Shown here: piece by piece, positions 37,756-48,195 of the stretch | How positions within the stretch are numbered: position 1 is the first letter of the stretch | Layout: each line of letters begins with the position of its first letter | Source: Felis catus | Taxonomy: Eukaryota | DNA: 64,000 nucleotides | NCBI RefSeq assembly: GCF_018350175.1 | Contig: NC_058383.1 | Span: forward strand, 6,698,001 to 6,762,000 | Direction of reading: 5' to 3' | The notes under the pieces: generated by a model | What the model was told of the DNA's origin: nothing | Database searches by the model: none | What the model saw: the letters and a program-made list of their open reading frames with translations, nothing else | Program-made: the position numbers and the translations under genes

Positions 37756-39142
37756 ACCCTCTGTTTACCAGAAAAACTAGTCTTCACCATTTACCATCTG
37801 GGGCCAATGGATCCTTTTTATTATATATACATACACACACGCCTATATACACACGCTTACATACATACGTATATATGTCATTTTACAGATCATTTACAGA
37901 AGAATCAAAGGCTAATAAAAAATAATTTTAAGGAACTTTTAATGAGAACTGAACCTTTTTATTATCAAGTACATTTTGGTAATAGAAACATAAAAAAATG
38001 AAAGACCACTGTCACACAATACTATCCCTTTAGCGAAATGAATACTGTCGCTTTAGCAAAGTGGGATGGTCCAGGGTCTTGTTGCAAAATCTTGGCCTGA
38101 TGAAGTCCTTCCTGTTGAATAATTCGCTGGATGAGAATGTCATATTTCCTTTTCAAAATCTAGTGTTTATCGTTGATTCTTATGTTTGAGAAAAGTTACC
38201 TCTGATAGTATTTGTAGACTCCTTCGAAGATTTCCCCTCTGGGTTCAGTTTCGTCATTATTGTGTAGCGTGTACTTCTCTGTTCTTCATATTGTCTTCTT
38301 ACTTCATCTATTAAAAGTGCAATGTTATCTGCTGCACATTTTCTTTTCTTTGCTGATATGGGTGGAAAATGAAAAATTCTGAATTTTCAGTCATCCTCAG
38401 TGAGAGCTAAAAACAGGCGTCAAAGTCTTATACCTTCTTGATGATGATGCAAAGCCCTGGGCAGTGAATTTAATACTTGGAGAATAGTGAAGAATGATGA
38501 TTTATTTCACTATTACATCATCCTAAGTATTTCTTTTATTCTCCTCTATTTTCTCATTATTTTAGTTTTTTTGCTATCATTGGGAATAATTAATGAGTAA
38601 TATTTAGTAAACATGTGGTAATTCATAGGATGATGAATTAGAAAAATGTTTTATGATATAAGGAAAATAAGATCACTCAGATCTCAAAATCTACCCTAAA
38701 TGTGTAGAAGAGTCCAATGGATCCATATAGAAATTACAAGACAGAATGAAGTTTATTCTGTTTTTTTTAATGTTTATTTATTTTTGGGAGAGAGAGACAC
38801 AGAACATGAACAGAGGAAGGGCAGAGAGAGAGGGAGAGGCAGAATCTGAAGCAGGCTCCAAGCTCTGAGCTGTCAGCACAGAGTCCTATGTGGGGCTCGA
38901 ACCCATGAACTGCAAGATCATGACTTGAGTTGAAGTCTGACGCTTAACCAACTGAGCCACCCAGGCGCCCCAGGTTTATTCTCTTTTTTAATAATACTAA
39001 GATAAATTTTCATTTTGTTCTTTAGTAGACCTCTAAAGAAATAAGTCATGTAACTCTAGTCTTTAAAAATAGTTAAAACTGTTCAAAAAAGAAACCCCCA
39101 ATCCCAAATTGTGTTTAATACACCTAGTTGGCACACCAAGGG
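37756..39142 (-). mobile_element. piggyBac-family (Looper-like) DNA transposon fossil with both termini, interrupted by a Can-SINE (~38760-38971)
   Basis: TTAA(a)CCCT... at 37752 and ...AAGGG TTAA at 39138-39146. Flanks rejoin into one MIR (AACTCA|TTAA|TGCTC). Minus-strand TCAACAGGAAGGACTTCATC...ATTTTGCAACAAGACCCTGGACCATCCC recalled as Looper. Confidence 0.75.
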
Positions 39143-40993
39143 TTAATGCTCGCACTAACCCAGTGGAATAGCTACAACTGTTATACTCATGTTAGAAATG
39201 AAGCAGCTGAAGCCTAGAAAGGTGAGGTAATTCTTTCAAGGTCACAAAGCTGTTAAGTGGCAGAGCTGGGGTTCTAACCCCAGCAGTCAGGTCCAAATTT
39301 ATACTTGTATCTTTCTGAGCTGGGCTGCCCTTGCCTTTCCACGAGTCCCTCCCAGGTGCAGACTCCTGTCCTCCGAAAATACTGTTCTCTTCCTTCTACT
39401 GGCAGCGTCTCATCACACCTTCTGTTCTAGGAGCTGCTTCTCTCCCCTGCCCTGTTAGCCAGACCCAGTGTCTTTTTTTTTTTTTGGGGGCCAGTGTCTG
39501 CCTTCTGAAAAAATTGCTATGTTTGTTTTGTGTTTGTTTTGGTTTTTGATTTTTACACACTGGATTCCTTATGCCTTTGAGAGCACCAAGGGCTGGTTTC
39601 CAGGCCCTGGGACTAAGTTGAGCTTGAGAGGGGCAAAGTCATTTGCTTAAAAGCTAAAGAAACAGAAGCTTTCATAGAAACTTCATAAAATTGGTATAGT
39701 TGTTTGGAATGTAATTATTATAAGTGTTCCAATTGTAATACTTAAAATCAAAATTGCTGTTTGAGTATAGACTACATTCATCCCTTTCTTCAAGTCTTAC
39801 TTTGACTCTTTAGCCACACTTCTGGTTTCAGATGCCATCTTGGTTTCTGGCTTTCATCTCTTAACCATTATGTCCTTTTTGTGTCATTGCCTATTACTTC
39901 CTAGTTCTTGGACGGAAGCAAGCTACATAAGCACATACATCTTTGGGATCAGGGAAACCATAGCAGTGTCCAAACTGTCATGCTGAAGGTTTATACTAGG
40001 TGAGTCTGTCCAAATCAGGGCATACATAGACAATGAGATCGTATGCACCATGAATCTTGGACAAAGAACAAGCAGAGGTGACAGCAGGGGGTCAGAAGGT
40101 CACTACCATCTAGGCATTGCACATGCAGTTCACTCTGCCTGGAAAGCACCCTCAACACCCTAACCATCCCCCACCCCCCGCCCCCGCTACTTCCCAGAGT
40201 CACTTCTGTGGAAAGGCTTTCCTGATGCCCCACCTCCCACTCTCCACTCCGTAGGTGCCCTGCCTCTGTGCTTCTATAGGAACTTGGGTGAATTTCAAGT
40301 ATAACACTTTTACCCTGAGCAGGAAGTAAGTAAGGTTTATGTGTCTGCATTCCCCACTAGACAGTGAAGTTTTTGGAAGGCAAGAATTGTTTTCTGCCTA
40401 TTCTTATAACACGTGACTTAGTGCACACTAAATGGCTATCAATCGACCATGGTAACTTCTTGAAGGAAGAGAATGTGGGCTAAGGCCTTGCTGATGAAAG
40501 CGTGGCCCAGGAAGCAGCGCCAGCATCACCTGGCTTTGTTAAAAGCGTAGAATATGGGGGCCATTCCAGAACTTTTGAGCCATATCTTCCCTGTACCAAG
40601 ACCTCCAGGTGATTTTGTTTGCACATTAAAATTTGAGAAGCCCTAGGCTCTCACTAGTGTTTCAGCTTCACAAAGATGTGGGACAGGTTATTCTTTGAGA
40701 TGACCAGATTTGATCTTGGCAGAGCAGATTGAATCCCTTATAGGTGAACGGCACAGTCTGAGGTCACCAGCAGGGATTAGCCTGACCAGAGCAGGGAGTC
40801 TAGTTTTTTTGGGGGAAGGGTCAGTGTCGTTAGGTGTGGGAGGAGCCACAATGTAGAGGGTCTTGAGAGCCAAGTAGAAACATTTGGCCTTGCTGCAGCA
40901 GGGCCCCATTGTGGATTCTTGAGCAAAAGTGGAACATGCTGGCAATTGGAACTGGGCAAAGATATTCTGACACCTCTTTTTCTCCCCCCTCAG

Positions 40994-41076
40994 CCCTACC
41001 TGCTCTCCAAGTTCCTCCCCTTCCCCTGAAGGACAGCCAGGAGCTGACAGCCTCACTTCTCTCAGCTGGGTCCCAG
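40994..41076 (+). CDS. ZKSCAN5: ZKSCAN5 coding exon 3 (linker)
   Basis: Strong pyrimidine tract + CAG; CAG|GTGAGC donor; 83 nt, (A)LPALQVPPLPLKDSQELTASLLSAGSQ. Confidence 0.9.
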
Positions 41077-41355
41077 GTGAGCCGGCGTCCCAGTGCCCGC
41101 AGTGAGGACCCGTGTCTGTTCTTGGACGAGGAGCTGCCCTAATCCTGACTCTTTATCAGGAGTTCTGTCTCTCACTACAGACTGGGCTCATCTTGGGTTC
41201 CTACTTGAATGTCTCTTCCTGTTCCACCCCATGTGCCCCTCTCCTCTTTGAAGCACAGTCCCTCCTCTGTTTTTTCCCTTCATGCTCCCACTTCTTCCCC
41301 TCACTCCAAATTTGCACATAGGGAATGGGAATTTAGTGGAGATCTCATGTTTCAG

Positions 41356-41491
41356 AAGTTGGTGAAAATTGAAGATGTGGCTGATGTGGCTGTATCCTTC
41401 ATCCTGGAGGAATGGGGACATTTGGACCAGTCTCAGAAGTCACTCTATAGGGATGACAGGAAGGAGAATTATGGGAGTATTCCTTCCATGG
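41356..41491 (+). CDS. ZKSCAN5: ZKSCAN5 coding exon 4: variant KRAB-A
   Basis: TTTCAG acceptor, G|GTAAGA donor; 136 nt, KLVKIEDVADVAVSFILEEWGHLDQSQKSLYRDDRKENYGSIPSM. Confidence 0.92.
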
Positions 41492-41929
41492 GTAAGAATT
41501 ATTTCATCTGCATGGATTAGGACATCTTCATTTTGTTACAAAGAGTATTTCTGGCACATCGTATACAAGCATGTATGTTTTAATTACTATGACTTTGTTT
41601 ATTTATTTATTTTTTTCTGTGAAAGAGTAAATCAGTGTTCCTGGTTTTTTGTTTTTTATTTTTTCTTATTCAGCTTATTCTGATTATTTCCATCTTAATT
41701 AGGGTATGATTGAAGTCTGATGATACTTAGGGGATAGTATTTAGAATCCAGCAAATGTTCTCTTTTTAGTGCTTTAAAATAAAAGAGCTCAATACTAACA
41801 GGTTTTGCGTTTTAACAGATTTGTAGTAGTCATTGTACTCTATTCCTTGACAAATTGAATAATTCTAACTGAATACTTCTCACTTGCAAAAACATCTCAG
41901 ACTTTGCTGAATGGCCATTTATTAGAGTA

Positions 41930-42228
41930 TATTTGACCCTTGAACAACATGGGGTTAGGCCCACCCCCCACGCAGTTGAAAGTCTGAATATAACTTCTGA
42001 CTCCCCCAAAACTTAACTACTCAGAGCCTGTTGCTGACCTGAAACCTTACTGCATAGTTTATGTATCATATACCATGTTTTCTTATGTGAAAGTGAGCCA
42101 GAGAAAAGAAAATGTTGTTAAAATCATAAGGAAGAAGAAATACATTCAGAGTCTGTTTTTATCAAGAGAAATCCACGTATAAGTAGACCTGCACGGTTCA
42201 AACGTGTGTTGTTCAAGGCTCTTCTGTA
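41930..42228. mobile_element. Tigger2-family non-autonomous element (another fragment at ~16178-16328)
   Basis: TIR-like ends TTGACCCTTGAACAACA...TGTTGTTCAAGGCTCTTCTGTA. Confidence 0.7.
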
Positions 42229-45200
42229 GGTATTACAGTGACTTTTCTCCAAGGCACAGGTGGCTAGTTGTTCACTCCATTTCCATTCTCAGATCACTGG
42301 TGCCCATTTCATGATGTTCACCTTGGCATCTACATTTTACATGTCCCATCCCTTCTTGAATTTGTGTCCCAAATGAGATTTTGAACCTGTTCCTAAATGA
42401 CGATCCTAGAAACTGATACTCATTTATGCTGCCTAGAGCATTATAAAAGTCTCAGCACTGTGGCAAGCATTTTGAAACTAACGGCTTTTCTGCTTTCGAA
42501 TGAATTCTTTTAGAAGAACCACTATATATCAAGCACTCTAGTAGACTTTAGATGAAAGACATATATAATGCCAAATTTCCTTTTTTTAAAAAAAAAAAAG
42601 TTTATTATTTATTTAAGTAAACTTTACACCCAGCGTGGAGCTCACACCCATGACCCTGAGATCAAGAGTCACACCATCCTCTGAGCCAGCCGGGTGCTGC
42701 ATATAATGCCAAGTTTCTTTTGAAAAGCATTATACCAGTTTATGTTGTCGTAGGGGTTTTAGTTCACTTACAGGTTTTTATTTAAAAAGTAAAATTGGGG
42801 TGCCTGGGTGGCTCAGTTAGGCGTCTCCTTTCAGCTCCGGTCATGGTCTCATGGTTTGTGGGTTCGAGCCCCACATCAGGCTCTCTGCTGTCCACACAGA
42901 GCCTGCTTCAGACCTTCTGTCTCCCGCCCACAATCCTCCCCCGCGCCTCCCCTGCTCACACGCATGTTCTCTCTCTCAAAAATAAAAACTTTTTAAAAAA
43001 TAAGCAAAATTGACTTCTGCTCTTTTAAATTTTACATTTCTTCTAATACTAGCGATATATATTTGTATTTCTTTGACTTATTTGTACTGGCCCTCTGTGG
43101 CTTTATCTGTTCACATCTTGGTGGGGGTTTTCATCTCAAGGAATTATTTATGCGGCACATATGTTATATGTAATGCAAATACTTTTTCAGTCTCTTTAAA
43201 TTAAATGCCTCACTTGTCTAATTTCAGTCTGGTAGTATCATTTTATCTTTTTCAGTTACTTTGCAGGGATTTAATGGGTTTTAGGATTTCAGAACTTGGT
43301 ACAGTTATTTTTTTTAAAAATATGTTCAATGTATGTTTATTTTTGAAGGCAAGAGAGAGACAGAGCATGAGTGGGGGAGAGGTAAAGAGAGAGGGAGACA
43401 CAGAATCTGAAGCAGGCTGTAGGCTCTGAGCTGTCAGTACAGAGCCTGACGCGGGGCTTGAATTCACGAGCCGTGAGATTATGACCTGAGCTGAAGTTGG
43501 ACGCCCAACCAACTGAGCCACCCAGGCGCCCCTATACAGTTCTTTTTTATACCATTCTCCAAGCAATTTTAAATTTGTACTTTCTGATTTTTTAAAAAAT
43601 CTATTTGTTCATTACAACATATTTATAACTCTAGTATCTTCTTCTACATTAAGAACATGTTTGATGATTTCTGCCCCCTTAATAACATCTCTGGGAAGGC
43701 CACATTAGATTATTTTCACACCAGTGTGTTCCTGATACCCTTGAGAAGGTCAAGTTTTTTTTTTTTTTGCTTAATTTTTTAACGTTTATTATTTTTGAGA
43801 GATAGAACACGAGCAGAGGAGGGGCAGAGAGAGAGAAAGGGAGACAAAAAATGTGAAGCAGGCTCCAGGCTCTGAGCTGTCAGCACGGAGCCCAATGTGG
43901 GGCTTGAACTCATGGACTGTGAGATCACGACCTGAGCTGAAGTTGGTTGCTTAACTGACTGAGCTACCTAGGCACCCAGAGAAGGTCAAGGTTTTAAAAG
44001 TATCCATCAGATCCAGAAATGAGATTTAAAAAAATAGATGTATCTTGGAAACAGCCATTTTGAGGAGTGTCAGGACATTGGGGAACAAAAGACAGTTTCT
44101 TTGTAGGTTGCAAAGGAATTTGAGAAAGCTATCATAAGTAAACTTCCAAAACATTGTGAAGGAAATGGGAAAGAGGGCTGATCAGTGCAAGAGTACAGGC
44201 TTAGATGGATACATTAGTTTTGTATGTTTTCTTTGTCAATGGCAGATTTTTTTAATGTTTATTTTTTAATGTTTATTTTTGAGAGAGAGACACACACAGA
44301 GTACAAATGGAGGAAGGGCAGAGAGAGAGGGAGACAGAATCCGAAGCAGGCTCCAGGCTCCAAGTGATCAGTACAGAGCCCGATGTGGGGCTTGAACCCA
44401 CGAACCGTGAGATCATGACCTGAGCCAAAGTTGGACGCTTAACTGACTGAGCCACCCAGGTGCCCCTTTAATGTTTATTTTTGAGAGAGAGTGTACAAGT
44501 GGGGGAGGGGCAGAGAGAGAGGGGGACAGAGGATCTGAAGGGGGCTTTGCACTGACAGCAGTGAGCCCAGCAGGAGGCTCAAACTCACAAACCATGAGAT
44601 CACGACCTGAGCCAAAGTTGGACGTTCAGCCGACTGAGCCACCTAGGTGCCCCTCAATGGAAAAGTTTTAAACATACTTGAATGCAACTGGAAAAGAACT
44701 AGGAAGGAGTGAGTTTGAAACATTGAGACAAGGAAGAACAGATCATTGATGAGGGCAGTCCCTGGAAAACAGGATGGCATGAGGAGGTCCAAGATCCAGA
44801 AGGAAGGCTTGGCCTCGGCCAGGGAGAGAGAGAGACACCTCTTCTACCAAGAGGCAATGGGAGGGTGACAGGAAGGCTGCCAGCAAGTTTTTGATTGTGG
44901 CTGTAGGATGTTCAAGGAGCTCTGGAGTGGATAGCTTTGACTCTGAAATAGGAGACAGTCACCTGTTGAGAATGAGCAGGTGATGGAGGAAGTGGTGAAG
45001 CAGAGGTTCGTGTGCAGTGGAGAACTTTGGTTTGGAAAAGGGTGTACATGCACGTACTAAACCATTCTGCAATAGTATGAATGGGTATAAGGTGAAAAGT
45101 GAGTCACCTACTCCGATCCTCAATCTTTTGGTTTCCCTCAAAGAGGCAATGACTGTTGCCAGTTTGTGGATTGTATCTCTAAACATAGTCTGTATATGTG

Positions 45201-46191
45201 AGTTTTTGCAAAAATGATAGCATACCATACACACTACTTTTTAAGTAACAGTGATATATCTTGGGGGCCACGGTGGAGAGATATTTTGATGTAGCTGAAG
45301 AGAAAAATGATCAGGGAAAGGAGCCATCCTTAGGAATGTAGAATGCCAGACAGGGCACTGGTAAGGTTGAAGAATCTGTAAAGCACCACATCTGCCTGAT
45401 TGGGTGTTTTTGTCTACACCCCACCCCCCACTATTGCATTACTTACCAGCTGGGCATAGCACTGAGCGAGGAGCACAGTTCTCTGTCAAATACAGAAATA
45501 AATCAGGAGAATCAACAGAAAGCTTATCATGTATGTGGAGAAGAAATGGGGAAAGAGGAAAAAAGCAAATCTAAACCCATTTATGTACCAACCCGTATAA
45601 TTGCCTTCTCTGGAAAAGGGCAGTTAATAGTACCAAAGAGGTGTGTTGGGCTAGTCTAATTTTTCAAATTTGCCACTGGAAAAAGAAAGCCATGAGCTTT
45701 TTTGACTTGTTGGAAGGGAGAGAATTCTAATAATACAGTTAGCCTAAGCGGATGTGAATAAAAGAAAAAGTATTACTGGGATGATGGAGATTACCTGCCT
45801 ATTTAAGTGGGCAGGAAAAAAACGTGTCAAAGGTCTGGTTTTGTGATAGAATTTGTTTTGATTGTATGTTTGTTTCTACTATTAATGTTTTTTTTTTTTT
45901 AGGAAGAGAATTAAGTAAAAGGAGTTATAAGAAATTAAAATCAAAATTTTCTTTATGGTATAAGAATTATAACTTCTCACTGTGTCAAAAAAGGATAGTG
46001 ATAGTATCTACCTCAAAAGGTCATTGTAAGGATTAAGTGCCATAAAATTGTAAAGCACTTAAAGGCACAGTGCCTGGTCCACAGTATGCATTCAGCAAAT
46101 ATTAGCTCTTATTACCATCATTATGTAATATTTGAAAACAACTTTTCTGTTTATAAAAAAAAATCTTATTAGAAAGCTCTTAATAGGCTAT

Positions 46192-46193
<2 letters not shown>

Positions 46194-46230
<37 letters not shown>
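46194..46230. repeat. (CT)n microsatellite
   Basis: Direct reading. Confidence 0.95.
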
Positions 46231-46231
<1 letters not shown>

Positions 46232-47580
46232 GCATATAAAAAATAATATTCCCTGTTTTTTCATGATGGAAGATTTGTCTGTGCAAAGCATATTAAATGT
46301 CGGTGCTTCAAGGGAAGTGTAGGTTGCTGATCCAGTTGCCCAGGGACATGATTGCCATGTGTTCAGCATCTGTACTCACTAATGACTATTGGATGTTAAG
46401 CTAGCTTTTGACAGTAGTAGATTCTTCTCTGGGTATAGAAAGAGTATCTTTTTTCCTTTATACTAATTCATACCAAACTGAGATTCTTTGGGGATTAAAA
46501 AAGCTGGAAATATCTTTCTTCTCCAGGCTATGAAGAAACAGGAAGAGGAAGGTGAATTTTGGGTTTGCTGCGTAACCCAATAATCACATTTTATTAGGAA
46601 TATTTATTTATTGGGGCGCCTGGGTGGCTCAGTCGGTTAAGCGTCCGACTTTGGCTTAGGTTATGATCTCATGGCTTGTGAGTTTGAGCCCTGCGTCGGG
46701 CTCTGTACTGACAGCTCAGAGCCTGGAGCCTCCTTCTGATTCTGTGTCTCCATCTCTCTTTCTGCCCCTCTCCCACTCACGGGCTCTCTCTCAAAAATAA
46801 ACATAAAAAATTTTTATTTATGTATTTATGTATGTATGTATGTATTTATTTATTTATTCATTCTTGAGAGAGAGAGGCAGGGTGTGAGCAGGGGAGGAGC
46901 ATAGAGAGAGGGAGACACAGAATCTGAAGCAAGCTCCAGGCTCTGAGCTGTCAGGACAGAGCCTGATGTGGGGCTCGAACTCACGAACTGCGAGATCATG
47001 ACCTGAGCCGAAGTTGGACACTCAACCAACTGAGCCACCCAGGCGCCCCTAAAAAAAATTTTTTTAAAGGAATATTTATTTATTTATTTCTAAGTTTATT
47101 TATTTTAAGAGAGAGAGTGTGAGTGGGGGAGGAGCAGAGAGGGAGAAAGAGAATCCTAAGCAGGCTTTGTGCTCTCAGCATGGAACCTGACACAGGGCTC
47201 GATCTCACAACCCTGGGATCATGACCTGAGCCGAATTCAAGAATCGGATATTAACTGACTGAGCCACCCAGGCACCCCTTATTAGGAATATTTAATACTG
47301 CACAGATATGCACAAACAGGTACTGTAAATACCACACCAAGAGGTTATCACCTTCATTAAATAGAATGACTGGTCTCCCAGTCATCTGTTTGATGCAACT
47401 CTTCGTCCCCCAGCCTGTTTCCTCTTGAGGAATCTTCATCCTATCTCTGTGGCATAAGGCTGCCTTTACCAAGTCATGCACTGCTAGCATGTGTTGCTTT
47501 CGTAATTACCCGTATCTCTCATTTTCTTTCTTCCAGTATGGAAAATAGCTAATTTTTCCATTTTCTTTCTATCATTTCAG

Positions 47581-48195
47581 ATTATGAGTCTAGGAATGAC
47601 AACGTGGAACTCATGGTAAAGCAGATTTCTGATGATGCTGAAGCCCACTGGATGACGTCAGCAAGCACCGAAAGAAATGTTCCCCAGAGTCAAGGGTTTG
47701 GAGAAGTTAGTGACCTTCACGGCATGGTAGAAAGGTGGCAGGTAAACCCCGCTGTGGGGAAATCAAGGCAGAACTCTTCCCAGAAAAGAGATCTTGGTGC
47801 CATCACAGATGCTAACCGTAAGCAAAATACAAGCACAAGTGGCGAGAGAGGTCACAAATGTAACGATTGTGGTAAATTTTTCCTTCAAGCCTCAAACTTC
47901 ATTCAACATCGGCGAATCCACACTGGAGAAAAACCGTTTAAGTGTGGTGAATGTGGGAAAAGCTACAATCAGCGTGTGCACCTGACACAGCATCAGCGTG
48001 TCCACACTGGCGAGAAACCGTACAAGTGTCAGGTGTGCGGAAAAGCCTTCCGCGTGAGCTCGCACCTTGTCCAGCATCACAGTGTGCACAGTGGGGAGAG
48101 ACCCTACGGATGTACCGAGTGTGGGAAAAACTTTGGCCGGCACTCCCATCTGATTGAGCACCTGAAGCGCCACTTCAGAGAGAAATCCCAAAGAT
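47581..48195 (+). CDS. ZKSCAN5: ZKSCAN5 coding exon 5: spacer and 4 C2H2 fingers (array A)
   Basis: TTTCAG acceptor ends at 47580; T|GTATGT donor; 615 nt, phase 1-1; (D)[18 protein letters not shown]...[12 protein letters not shown](C). Confidence 0.92.
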
